Origin: Utricularia gibba
Lineage: Eukaryota; Plantae; Magnoliophyta
Direction: 5' to 3'
DNA: 64,000 bases
Assembly: GCA_002189035.1 (NCBI GenBank)
Contig: NEEC01000007.1
Coordinates: forward strand, 1,426,001 to 1,490,000
In this document: piece by piece, positions 41,503-54,690 of the stretch
Layout of the letters: the number at the start of each line of letters is the position of its first letter
Numbering within the stretch: position 1 is the first letter of the stretch
Translations under genes and position numbers: made by a program
Notes under the pieces: generated by a model
Databases searched by the model: none
What the model was told of the DNA's origin: nothing
Seen by the model: the letters and a program-made list of their open reading frames with translations, nothing else

Positions 41503-44168
41503 TCAGGTCTTGACATTCTGGTGTTGCACCACCAGAACAGACACCGGAGAATCGACATCAGGAGCGGCGAGCATGTCTCCGATGGGGCCGAGCTCCGGCA
41601 GATCATTCCACTCACTGAGTCCCAGCAGCTGCGGGGTGTCATCTTGATGCCTTCGGCCCACCATGATGAGGTCGAAGGATTCTTCCATGTCATGAACAAT
41701 AAGTGCAGTTTCAGCACCATCTTTCACCCTCTCTTCCCTGTAAACCACATTGTCCTGATGGGCGCCTTGCATCCTCGCCTCCTTCAATATCTCCGCATCA
41801 AGGACAGCATCCCAATGGCTGTTTCCTCCGAGACCATCCCAAGACATGAACCGGACGACCGTCAGCTGAACGCTGGGGCAGAGTGCCATTCTCTTTGAAT
41901 AAGCCAGAGCTTCACGATCATCACTTCCGCCGAAGAAGGCTACCCCGATATTGTAGGTGGATGAAGGATTGCGCCTTACTCTGTGACGGTCGACGAGGAC
42001 AGCAACAGAACAGGGGGCTAAGTCAAGTACCTCGCAGTTGACGGCTCTCAAGCTGCTGCTGTCGAAAATAATCTTTCCCTGTTGGTTCCACTTCCTGTGA
42101 AATGGGAGGATGATCAGGGAAGCAAGCTTGTTCAGGGCCAGACTGCAGATGTCATGGTGCATAAACTTTGTCAAGGACATTGCTGTGAATTGCTGCATGG
42201 TGACAAATCCTGAGTACTGAATCTCGAACGAACAGAGGATGTCGATCATCTTCTGTGTTCGGGTGCTACCGGACGACTTTTGGCCTAACTGATGATCAAT
42301 GAGCTGCGGCTGTGTTCTACCAACAAGCTCCATCATATGGAGGGCGTAGACAGTGAGGGGGCTCTCTTTTCTTGGGTAAGTAGCTTCAAGTATCTTTCTA
42401 GCAGCCAACACATCATCAATGCGATGAGCGCATGAGAGAACTCGCAGTTCGGAGTTGGCAGAAGTGTTCTGAATGTTCCTTTTCTGATAACCAGAGTACA
42501 TTCTTGAAGTGTCATACAAAGACATGACAATCAGATTTGCGACAGCTGCTTGGATGAGAACTGACACTGTCAGCATTGAGAAGGTTTCTCCATCAAAAGT
42601 CTGCCACTCAACACAAAGGCAAGATAGTCTTTTAGGTTCAAGTAAGTCAGCACACCAGCAAACTATCGCTATTTTGCCAGATAATCATGTGAAGCAATCG
42701 TTAAAGGGTGAGCACATATAGACAGTAAATCACCTGATTCATGGAATTATAGTAATAAAAAGACATTTGAACCACCCCTTGCGTAGTCATGATGAAAGCA
42801 AGAGCAGCGGCATCATTACCAGGCAATCCACAAGCCACAGCTGGGCCAAATACTGCGACCAGCTTAATAGACAAGCACATTGCAAGGATTCCCCACACTG
42901 TGGCCACAAATTTCAGATCAAAGAGCTCGACTAAATTGACCTTCATTCCACAGAAAGTGAGTAAAAGTGGGGCAAACAATCCTGAAACTAGTGTTTCTAG
43001 TCGATCCACGAGTGTTGCTCCAAGAGGTGGCCCATCTGGCACAGCCAAACCAAGTAAAAAGGGACCATACTGATAGTTAATTCCCACATTATCAGTGAGC
43101 ACGACCACCAAGAGGACCATCAAAGCAGTAATAATGACATGAAAGTTTGTAACTGGCTTTCCTTCTGGTGTTCTCTTGATTATCTCAATAAAAATGGGTC
43201 TCAACACGACCATGATAAATAACATTAGGAGGATGGTCAAAATAGCAGAATGGAGCATGATAACATTTGCAAATCCCATTTGGCCAATACGTCCGTAAGT
43301 GAGAATCGTGTAGGAGAGATCACTAAAAAGATCACTGATCAATGCAATAGCAAGGGCAAGACGACCAAGCTCAGAGTTCATGATTTTTAGGTCCACAAGC
43401 ATTGAAGCTATCACAGGAAAGGGAAACAGGTTCTGAATGCTCACAATATTCTTGTAAGCAGGCCACCTGTACCTGTGTATTGTGCCTTTATTCAGCAGAT
43501 TAAGTGCTAAGCCACTGCTCAGTGGAATGGTTACACCAAGAACTCCAACTGTCCATGCCTTGATACCAGTTGTGAGTACCATTCTTGGATCCATTTTCAC
43601 ACCGCACAGGAAAATGAAGAAAATATACCCAATCCTCGATAGTAATTCTAGAAACATATCTCCTTCCGGGGAGAACAATGAATCTTGGAGACCAAACATT
43701 TGGCCAAGCAAAGATGGCCCAAGTATAATGCCCGCCTAGTTTATACAAGCTCAAAAGCATTAGCTTAATTCAAACATCGTGGAACATGAGCAAAATATAA
43801 CAGAACATGAGAATGCTGACGTTCCGTTAATCTTCCGGGAAGTTCAAACAACAAACAAAATAAAGACATATATCACGAAATTGCAAGTGTTGGTTATGGA
43901 GGATCTAGAGAAGACTATATACCAGGATTTCGGAAACAAGCCGTGGCAGATTGAATCGTCTGAGAAGTAGATGTAGACATTGGGTTAGGATGAAAATGAT
44001 AGCCAACTGAAAGAGGAGACGGGGCAAAGCGAAGTGGAAAAAGGAAGCGCGGCCATCGCCCCAAGCGCCGGGAGAATGGAGAGCAATGCTGACGTAGCAG
44101 AAATCGCCGGTGATGTTTCCCGGCAACTGAGACCTTGGCTTAAGAAGAGAATCGACAAGGGCATCCAT
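41503..44168 (-). CDS. CHX: Cation/H+ exchanger, CHX (CPA2) family, 3 exons
   Basis: LPRLLFQL, L|AGIILGPSLLG, GVKMD, SELGRLAL, GPFLLGLAVPDGPPLGATLV, C-terminal LHMMELVGR, APCSVAVLVDR, FFGGSDDREALAY, DLIMVGRRH, ELGPIGDMLA, SVLVVQH. Confidence 0.92.
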
Positions 44169-44490
44169 TGATGGGATATGATGCTTTTCTCAATCGCCTC
44201 GACGCGCCACCATGCCTACCGGAAACCAGATTAAGCTTCTTGGAGAAAACCGCCGGATTCTTTTTCCTCCAAATGGATGCAGACAAACGATCGCAGGAAT
44301 TCTTGTTCTGGTTGATGGTTTTAAAATTTTCATTCCTTTTCCCCCTTAAAATAGCCTAACGATATTTGACATTAACGTTTTTTTTAATAATTAATATTCA
44401 TTCGAATTTTATAATTTTTTGAATTTATATATATATATACCCGTTCGATTTCAATTGCCTCAAAAATATCTGACTTTCTTCAACTCTAGA

Positions 44491-44986
44491 ATGACGGCTA
44501 CTTCGTCTCTGAATCCAAACGCTCCGATCTACGTCCCGTCGGCGTACCTGGTGGTGGACGACTTCTCCGATGAATGGTGGGAACTCATCCACTCCTCTCC
44601 ATGCTTCCGTGACTACTGGCTGCGCGAGTGCTTCCACGATTTCCAAACCAGCGAATCTCCCCCTCCTAGTTCCCTCGACGACACCACCGGTAAGCGATAA
44701 CTCACCAGATCTGCCCTTGGCGAGGTCAATTAACCCTAGATCTCTAGTTGCTTCGACTTTTTTCGATATCGAACTCCAATTGACTTTCATTTCTATATTC
44801 ACCGCGGCATCGGGTGCAGATCTCAGAAAGGATGAGGCAATTACAGATCTGGCCGCACTCGGATGGCTCCAGTGGAGAAAGACGGGGAGAATTGCAACGG
44901 AGGCAATTAAGCCTACGTACTTTGAGAAAGCGCCGAAGATCCTGAACCTCAGGCCGAGCCCCAGGCCCATCCATCAACCTCGCTAG
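44491..44986 (+). CDS. ERD15: ERD15/CID-like PAM2-motif protein (2 exons)
   Basis: PAM2 [28 protein letters not shown]; intron G|GTAAG 44690 to TGCAG| 44819; C-terminus [18 protein letters not shown]. Confidence 0.82.
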
Positions 44987-46161
44987 AGTCGCCGACTCGA
45001 AGACTCAGGGCAAGGCGTTTGCTTGTCATTTGCTCGTGAAAAAGAAAAAAGAAAAACACTTCGATCTTTCCCTTGTAAATCAGTCTGCCGGCCGCCGGGC
45101 CATGTAATCATGCAATGTTACCTTGCTTCGTTTGCACAATCGTACATGTGTAGTTCGTAATTCCAATTTTAGACCCGACCCGGATTGGATTACGGTTCTG
45201 TAAATGGGTAAAGAAAACACTTTTTACTTGTATTTATTATTATATTCCAAAAAACAACAAAACACATATTATTATCACATATTTTTATTTCCATTTTTAA
45301 TTTTTACTTTTTAAATTCACTCACAGTAAAAACAACGTACAGAACGCACAGTGCCCTACTCCTGAAATCGAACTTGTAATTTATTCTCTTCTCCTGGTGC
45401 TTCCATTTTCCGGCTCCGAGACCTCTACTTGCTGATCCTGGTGTGCTTCCTCTTTCTTCTCGGTGAGGGACCATGTGCCGAACATTGAAGGGGGAGTGTG
45501 CCCACGAAAGGGACGTCTGGAAACGCCAGAACGGTTGACTATAGAACAGTGAGCATCCGACTCCACGGCCTGATCTCGTGGCAGGTCCGTGCATTGCGTT
45601 TCCGATGCAGCCGACGTGCCCCTCCGTCGCCAAGGTGTTGAAGGGGATCTGCAAAGGAAATGGCCGGAGTTGTTGCAGTTGACAGAAGCTGGAGGAGAGT
45701 GGGTCTAATTTGAGGATCTCCCGTTCACAGAGCAACACCGACAGGAAGATGATGATGCACGGCAGAGGTGGGACGGACATTCTGCCCTACATGCACATGG
45801 GACAGAAGCTGACCCCAATCTGCATGATCACGGTGCAAATAATGGCACGAGATCAAGGTGCAGATAATAGGGCAAGGATTATGGGGTATGGCGTACTGCC
45901 TGTCTGGGTGAGATGTACTGTCAGAATGGTGTGGTTAGAATTAGCCCATTGTGAAGTTTCGATACAGAAAGGGAATGGTGTTTGTTTTGTTGTTATTATT
46001 CCAATAAAAACCTCATGAATGAGACACATATAGTTTGGATTTGAGGTGTTTTCCGATATCAGGACTCGAGTGCTGTTACATCGGAAAAGAAAAGCACCAT
46101 GGAGACTCTAAGCGTTCCGTTGAGTTTGAACTTTGAAGGTGTCGACAAGAAGTAGGCGCAA

Positions 46162-46680
46162 TCAGAAGATTTTTCTCAGGAACTTCATCCCTTTTCTGGG
46201 CCTAAAGAACAATGTGGGCGTCCAGGGATTGCCTTCCTCCGTCGCGTGATCGCCGCCGCCGGTAGCCGTGGTAGATCTCGCCGGGGTCGATGATAGCGAG
46301 TAGGAGAAAGACGAGAGCGACGATGAGGACGACGAGTAAGTGGGCGACCCAGCAGCCATCTTGATCGGAATAATCGAACTCAAGATCTTGAAACTCTTCC
46401 TCTTCCGAGCCCCTGATCGGCTGCCGTTAGCTCTCACATTATAAGACGGCGGGGCGTCAGCGGCGGCGGAGGGGCTTCACTCAGAGGATGCTTCGGGGTA
46501 CCCGGTTGGGATTCCCACTGGAACGGCACCGACCCGCCGCCCCCGCTGCCGTAGTATGGGAGCCGGAAAGAGGCCTCCAACGTGGAGACGGCCCCCGTTT
46601 TCGAGACGAAAGGCGGGAGAATGTGAAGTTGCTGTGGCTGCCGTCTTCCAGAGTGAAACCCTGCTTGTGTTTGCCGCCAT
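46162..46680 (-). CDS. Small intronless plant protein with SVPFxWESQPGTPK / PPLTPPPSY motif; broken by about three apparent 1-nt losses
   Basis: Fragments ..FTFSRLSSR / ASFRLPYYG..SVPFQWESQPGTPKHP..PPPLTP / PSYNVRANG..SSSSSSLSSFS.. join when single bases are restored in homopolymer runs. Confidence 0.6.
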
Positions 46681-49270
46681 GCCTGGGGTGAACAATCAAT
46701 CAAAATGAACAAAACAACAGAACAGAGTGACAGACGCAGGAGTTTTGTGTATGTGGCCACCGGAGGAAGGTAATGTAGTGCAACACAGCTCAAGGGAGAG
46801 AGATGTTGTTGTATCCTTATTTATTGGCAACCAAGAGTGTGTGTAGACTGTAGAGTTAGACCCAATACCCTCCCTGTCACATAAAAGAACTCTACTGTAA
46901 AAATAATGCCATGGAATGGCAGCCTTATTGATCTTCAACATTCCATCAGTCACCCAAACCCCCATCAGAATTCACTTTCTAAAACGTCAAAGCAGACCAA
47001 AATAATAAAAAAGGGCAAAGCAACATCTTCCATCTACTTTCCAAGTTCATTATTCTCTAGTGCGTTTGTTGCCCTTATAATGAGAAATGCGGAAGAAGGG
47101 GCTGTCCCCTTTTCACATTCAATGAAAACCCTAAAACCAAAAAACGCCATAGCCCAAACAAGATGGAAATAAAAAAGAGCAACTACAGAGAAGCGGGCTG
47201 TGTTTGGTTCTGCATTATTTAGTAGTATTGTATTGATGGAGTGAATCTAGCTGCTAGGGATAGAGTGAGCAGCGAAGGCGAGGAGGGGTGATAAGAGTGT
47301 GGTGGGTGCATGATGCGTAGGTTTCATTTGAAGCAGGGCAGGACAGGGCAGTTCCGGTGAAGCCGGTAGACGCCTTGATGATAATGTGGAGGGCGCAGAC
47401 TCAGAGGGATGGGCGTTAGTGCAGTTGCAGTTGGATGAGCCTTCCGGGACAGGGGAGGAGTAGTAGGAGTAGAGCAATAAATGAGCGCCGGCAGACTGAA
47501 CCTTCCCGCTCGCACACCGTTCCGCGTGCCGAACTGGTGGCCGTCCATCCACCCAAGATTCATCTCCCTCTTCCTATCCTTTAAAAAAACCACCATTCCT
47601 GAATTCTAGAAACAGAGAAGGGTCTGCCTGATCTCATAAATTTGGCATTTTTATTGCCTATTTTTCTTATTTTTTATATTGAAAATAAGAAAAATATAAT
47701 TTTTATTTCATATAAATAAAATTTTTTTCGTCGTAGATATAATTTATCAACCAATCATGTGTTATAATATTTAACAATTTGTATCATGGAATGATTTATT
47801 ACAGGGAGGGGAATCCGCCCTATTCTTGTTTATTTGTCCGTTTCGGGGACGCACGTGGCATGAGATGGGCGCCCTTTATTTCCTCGGTTTGCCAACCGCC
47901 GGCCATGCTGCCTGCAGATGCAGCGTTGCAGTCATCCAGACCGATATTATTTCTAAAATTCCAAAAAAATAAATTTTATATTATTTTAAACTAATTTTAT
48001 AACAGAACATATTTCTTAATATATATTTTTTAAAAAAATACAAAACAATAATTTATGTTATAAGTATACCCGTCCATTAGGGCTGGCTGGTCGCATCCGG
48101 GCGGCGCTGGGACGGGCCGGGCCTTCTAAGGAGGATTCATTTCGGGCCTGCAGACAAATAAGCCCAACACTATTTTAATTACAAAACAATTATTTTCTTT
48201 TTTCCAAAATCCAAGACTTGACCATCAGATCATCATCATCAATTCTAATGTATTCCGTTTGGGATTTTTCTCCGGGCAAAAAAACGACAAGAGACAACCC
48301 TCCCGTAGGATTTTCCTCATGCCGAAATGGATAAGAATGATGAGGTGGCTGGTCGTGATGAGTTCCCCAAGGCACGGGAACAAGGAACCGCCTTTGGATA
48401 AGCTCAACTCCTCCCAACCAAACAATGTGCCCATATAAAATCACCTAAATAACAAGACAATCAATATATGGGCATGTGCGTCCACATCATTCATTTAAAC
48501 CAATCTAATTATTATATATCAATTATCACAAAAAAGAATAAAATACATATTTTGGAAAATAGAATTGATTTTAATAGAATAAGATTGATTTACTAAAGTT
48601 GTCAATATATGGGGTTTGCCTCGACATCATTTAATAAAAAATTTATACATAGTTTTTGAAGTTTGTCGTTTTGTATAAGATTAATGATGATAAGGTAATG
48701 GCCCGGCCCACATGGTTTCCGGGTCGACTCTGATGATGTATTTGGGTTTGTAATGATTTCATTTTCAAAGTGCGGCCCACCCGCCGGCCGACCACGGAGG
48801 TTGTTATCGTGACTCAGCATGGGCCCACTTGCACACAAATGAAGATCAAGGGCTAGGGATCCTGCATCCTACGTGGAGTAATGAAAATATTTTTGCACAG
48901 TAATGAAATAAGAAAGAAACTGGAGTAATGAAATAAAATCAATATAAATTTAATGAATAATAATTTTTCAAATAAAATAAAAAATTATTGAATTCGATTC
49001 AATCATTATAAAAATGATTAAAGACAGCAGTTTCATGAAAACTAGAGGAAGCTAAGAACAGTCTGGCGCTTATCAAGAAATAAATAAAAAAAATAAAACG
49101 AAAAAATATATTATATGAAATAAATAGGAATATCCAGACGCAGCCACAGGTTTGGGATGAGTGAGAATCCCGCTTTGGTAATCGTATGATTCTCTCTCAC
49201 GTACTCGAGATGCATGTTCTATAAATTAGTGTACCATTTGTTCTTCGAATCTTCACACCCAAAACGATCA

Positions 49271-49291
49271 CTTCTTCTTCTTCTTCTTCTT
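49271..49291 (+). repeat. (CTT)7 microsatellite just upstream of the alpha-galactosidase ATG
   Basis: cttcttcttcttcttcttctt, ending 14 nt before ATG 49306. Confidence 0.9.
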
Positions 49292-49305
49292 GATACGCGC
49301 TCGAT

Positions 49306-52300
49306 ATGGCAGTTGCGAGAACCTATGCCGGAATCATGGTGGTCTTTTGCGCGGTTATGGCCACCGGAGCCGGTAGAGTTCTACCTTTACACCCTTATGT
49401 TAGGGATAGGCCCATCGTCAATGCCGCCCTGTACGACACTTCTAAGTACGGGATTCTCCAGATCGGAAATGGGCTCGCCGGAACTCCGCAGATGGGGTGG
49501 GTAGTCATCTATTTTCCATCATACTAGAAATATTGTTTTTTTATGAAGAAAATTGCATGCTAATTATATTGAATTGAAGTTCCATGAAGTTTGTGTGGAG
49601 TTGTTTCTCTTTCGTCGACGCAAGGGAGGTTTAGGATTGTGAGTGCTTCATTTTTTTTTGTTTTTGTTTTTTTTTTACATACGAGACTTCAACTTTGCCA
49701 CGTATGTGGTATGCTTATCCAAATTGGACATTTTAGATTCCAACAGCGATCGTGCTCTGGTCATGGCCACGTATGTTCTTTATCCAAACTATTAGGATAG
49801 GACCAAAGAAGCAGTCAATGGAGCGGAGCGTCTCTGTCCATTGGGATAGAAAAGGGACCCCTTTTTGAATTAATTTCACCTGGCCCGGGGGGCAACTTTC
49901 TCAACTGGAAAATTAGAGTACAAAGATCACCTTTTTAAGAACTTTTACTGGCTATGAGAGTCAATAGTGATGCCATGGCCAGATTAATGCTGTATTTTCA
50001 ATTGATCTCGGTTGAGGATGCTGCTAGAGTGCTTCCTTTGCAACCTTTTGTGAATGCCCAAGGAAAAACCATCCCTCGCATTTTTTATACTTCTAAATAT
50101 GGGATTTTGCAGCTGAGAAATGGTTTGCCGTAACTCGCCCCAATGGGGTAGAAAGTTTTCTCTTTTCCTTTCATTTTTTTTACTTTCTCATCTGTCAGGA
50201 GAAATTGTTTTTCTTATGTTGAATTTTGTCTGGTTTTGTACCTATGGAGCAGATGGAACAGTTGGAACTATTTTGCATGTGACATTAATGAAGAGCTCAT
50301 AAGGGAAACTGGTAATGGCTCCATTCTGGTGTTAATGATCCGCAGAGTATTTTAATGTATCTTAATGCATTAGACCTGTTGACGCTTTCTTACAGCTGAT
50401 GCACTTGTCTCCACCGGCTTGGCGAAGCTAGGCTATAACTACGTAAACATAGGTAGTTTACTGTCATGTTGGTTGCTTTCTTCATACTTTACAGCAGCTG
50501 TGTGGTCTGAAATACTCAAAATCATGAAACCCAGATGATTGTTGGTCTCAACGAGAACGGGATTCAAAGGGGCTTTTAGTTCCGGATCCGGATACCTTTC
50601 CATCGGGGATTAAGGCTCTTGCGGATTATGTACACTCCAAAGGGCTGAAGCTGGGCATCTATTCTGATGCAGGGTAAGCAAGAGTTTTCTACGGTTTACC
50701 ATTTGCTTCTGTTTCCTAATTCTCGCGTTAAATCTTCTGTAGGGCTTACACTTGCCAAGTCAGACCCGGATCGCTCAACCATGAATATGATGATGCAAGA
50801 AGTTTTGCATCTTGGGTCAGTTGTTTCTCTGGTTTCCAGTTATTGCCTTTGTGTGAATGTGTTCGTTGTTTATTGTTCCTGACTGTGCTTCTCTTTTGTT
50901 CTATAGGGCATTGATTACTTGAAATATGACAACTGCTACAATCTTGGCATTGATCCTGAGAAGAGGTAATCTATGATTCAATTTCAGAAGTTGGTTTCAA
51001 TCACCTGATCTGGTTGGCTTACTTTTCTACTAGGTATCCCCAATGCGTGATGCCCTGAACGCAACTGGACGCACCATATTCTACTCGCTTTGTGAATGGT
51101 AAACTGCATAGCTTTTAAATACAAAATTCTTGATCAACCCCCATAACTATTTGCTAATCTGAGGTCTGGTTTGAAACATGACAGGGGTGTGCATGATCCA
51201 GCTATTTGGGCTGGGAAAGTAGGCAACAGCTGGAGAACTACAGATGATATAAATGATTCATGGGCAAGGTTTGGATTCCTTCACCTTCTCTGCTAAGTAG
51301 AAAAATGACATTTTTGCTGAGAGATATGGAGATAATTCGAGTTTCTTTTCCTTGTTTGGCTGCAGCTTCACAACAATAGCTGATCTCAATGACAAATGGG
51401 CAGCCTATGCAGGGCCAGGTGGCTGGAATGGTAAGACTCTAAAATCCTTGTAATAGGTCAAGGTTCGTTTCTCAATCAGCAAACTTCTGTGCTTTCTTGG
51501 CAGATCCTGATATGTTGGAAGTCGGAAACGGGGGAATGACTTACGATGAATACCGAGCACATTTCAGCATCTGGGCGGCGATGAAGGTACCCCTTGTCTC
51601 AAAGTGCTGCATTGATCACGAACTCGTCAAAGTTCACAAACTAAACTCATCTTTACCTTGCAGGCTCCACTTCTAATTGGCTGTGATGTGAGAAACATGG
51701 CACCAGAGGCTTATGAGATTCTCACCAATGAGGAAGTTATTGCTGTTAACCAAGGCAAGGCATTGGATTCATGATGATCTGCTGACATCTTTGTAGCTAT
51801 ATACTTTCTGCTTTGGTATGCCTCGAACTGAACTGCTACTCCTCTTGCAGACCCACTTGGTGTTCAAGGGAGAAAGGTTTATACTTACGGACCTGATAAC
51901 TGCTATCAAGTAGGAACTCCAAGCTCTTGTTTTCATGCCTTTTTTTTTTTTTTCCCTTTCGTGGCATTTGATTCTGATTTGTGGGCCTTGGTTCCTTGCT
52001 GGTTTCAGATATGGGCCGGTCCACTCTCTGGTCATCGCCTTGCTGTAGTGTTATGGAACAGGTGTTCCAAACCTGCTACCATTTCCACTCAATGGTCTGC
52101 ACTTGGCCTTGAGTCTTCTACAAGCGTTTCCATCAGAGATTTATGGAAGGTACTTGTGCCTGTCCACTCTCTTTTTATCAGCCTGTGTTCTAATTATCCT
52201 GCATCACTGAGTTTCAAGTCTGTTTTGCATATTTCAGCATGAATATGTTGCTACGAACAAAATAGCCTCATTCAGTGCTCGAGTGGCGCCTCATGGTTGT

Positions 52301-52348
52301 GAAATGTACATCTTCACTCCATCTCCAGTGGCCACATCAGCAGTTTAA
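49306..52348 (+). CDS. AGAL3: Alpha-galactosidase (GH27), AGAL3-like, multi-exon
   Basis: [21 protein letters not shown]|[13 protein letters not shown]|[35 protein letters not shown]|[17 protein letters not shown]|[10 protein letters not shown]|DPLGVQG. 1-C loss at ~51039. Confidence 0.92.
49954..50147 (+). other. Diverged duplicate of alpha-galactosidase exon 1 inside intron 1 (alternative first exon or relic)
   Basis: [55 protein letters not shown]|GTAG, paralogous to exon 1. In-frame TAA at 50131 as assembled. Confidence 0.8.
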
Positions 52349-52744
52349 TTCACTTGTGCTCTCAGTATTACTGGAGTATGTTCAGGAGAAAAGAGAAGAC
52401 CAAAAATGGCCTTTACACTAAGAGGAGTAGGAGTTTACATGAAGCTGCAAATGTCATTGTGTACAGCAATTGTATACTGTTGTTTTTCTGTGTGTGAACT
52501 GTGTGTATATTTCAAGTGAAATGAAGAGGTATAGATACATATTTCCCATAGTTTAAATCCAAAACAAATGTCACCTCATCTCCTCCTAACTGCAGTCCTT
52601 TTTGGCAAGGTAACATCTAATAGGATTACATGATCAAATGTAGTTATTTAGGACATGATGCAGTGCAATAAAACATAAGACAAAGAGCCTGTCCGAGTAC
52701 GCACTTCAGGTCTGTAGATGAGATTACTTTAATTCAGGTGTCTA

Positions 52745-54166
52745 TCAAGAGGACATGGCCAGAGACTCGATAAGGAGCTGATAGCCTTCAGGGACTGTGG
52801 CCTGAGAGAGTACGCATGCTGTCAACGCTGGAATATCGGAGTTGATATCTAAATATCTTGCAAGCAAGAGCAACAGATGGAAGTCAGAAATTCTTTTCAC
52901 AAAGGGCAAACTCTTGGTGCGATCCAGGTGGTTCTTCATGGCCTTCATTGTCACAGGAAAACCAGGCCTGTTCTCAATTGGGAATGTCGATGAAAGCGGT
53001 CCCTGGAATATCATTCAAGTTCGTCAGAGAAAAATAAAAAATGAGTGCCAGTTGAACAATAACAAGACCTACTTCACCACTTCCCAAAACAAAAACAAAT
53101 AAGCATCTACTTCAGTAACAAAAACTAAGCAAACAGGAGCTAAATGAGGGATAAATTGAATTAAGAACAAAAGATTCTCTGTAACCTGGTGATCAGAAAT
53201 TTTGACAACCACCAAGAAGAAATCATTGTCCACATCTTTGGTATCCTTGACCCCAACCACCACATCCTTATTCATCCTTGATAATTTGGGATCGTTCACC
53301 TTACTGAGATCCTTCTGAAACCACCCTTCTTTGAAGAGTCTTACACATATATCACTCATCTGAAAAGCCTCAAAGTGCACATCCATTCCCCCATCCTCGT
53401 TCACAATTAGTTTCACCATTGCGGTAACCCACTCCTTTAAATCTCCCTCGGCTTGTAACTCAACTGCTTGCAAAACCTCAGCATTAGACATTGTGTAATC
53501 TTTCGTGTCCTGGCTAATTGTCTGAGTAAATATGTATCCAACCTTCCTCATCCCCAACCCTAAAGCAATTGCATCAACAAACTTCTCCTCATCAGGATCC
53601 CTTAAAAGCAACAGATTCTCCTCTGTGCCTTGTTGTGGAGGCTCGTAGATGAAATCAACCTCAACTTTCCCCACCTCTGACACCGTTCCATACATGAATC
53701 CCCCACGTTTAACAGCAAAAGCTAAACTTTCATTTACATAAAGCTGAAAGGCGTTAGCAGCATCACGATCAAATGAGACAAGCTCGCAATGAGGGTTCTC
53801 CTGCCGACTAACTCTCATCTGTTTCGCAATCAAATCATCAATTGTCATCTTCTTACCAAAGGAACCTGATGGCTGAAAGGCTGGACCCGCAACTTTACGC
53901 TCCCCTTCGTAAGCCAGGTAAACAATGGAGCCATGGGACACCTTAAGCGAAGACAATGCAGTATTTGGGTCCCCCATATCTGCGAACTGGTTCAATTCAC
54001 TTGGGTTTTTCGCAAGAAGCAACTTTTGATTTGTGGAAAGAACTTGGGCATGCAGCGGAACTCGAAGCTGCGATTCGATCTCCGATTTGAGTTGTCCAAC
54101 CGTAGGCCGTGGATTTCCCACCGACACCCGTTCTAAACCGTCGCGACTGCGGACTCTGATCATCAT
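52745..54166 (-). CDS. NPL4: NPL4-like protein (CDC48 cofactor), 2 exons
   Basis: MMIRVRSRDGLERV, HGSIVYLAY, LAFAVKRGGFMYG, VDFIYEPPQQG, FEAFQMSD, VDNDFFLVVVKI..|QGPLSSTFPIENR, RISDFHLLL. Confidence 0.93.
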
Positions 54167-54690
54167 CTTTCCCCAAGTAAACAGGAATTTCAGAGAACGC
54201 TTGGTGGGCTCGGCAGCGCAGCAGTCGTTCTGCACAAATCTTTGATCACGAAAAAGCAAAATACGAGTAACAAATAGTTTTATACAAATCCTCAGAGAAG
54301 AGATTCGAAAGGGAAGAGAAGCAGATGAAGGAAGCAATCCAATCTATCTTTGGAAATATGCCTGGGCCGGGCCGGGAGTGTTTTATTGCTGGGCTATATA
54401 ATGACCGGTCTTATATTGGGCCCAAAAGCCCAAAATCACACTTCAAAGCGCACTCTCGTTCTGCAAAAAGTGCTCCACTTTCGGTTGCAGATGCAAAGGT
54501 GGTTTGCAGGAAATGCTCATCAAATCAGGTCCGTTTCTGCGAGTCCCCCACCATCACCTCCGTTATTGTGGCCCGTGAGTCGATTTCGCAATAACCCAGA
54601 ATTGTTAATGGCGGGTTTCAATTGCTTTAATTGATTGGAGGGAGTTCTGCTTTATACTATTTATTCCATGAAGACGACCTATTCGAGAAA

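Noticed and set aside
45679-45700. TTGACAGAAG start resembling miR156/157
   Set aside because: The match stops after 10 nt and I see no complementary star arm.
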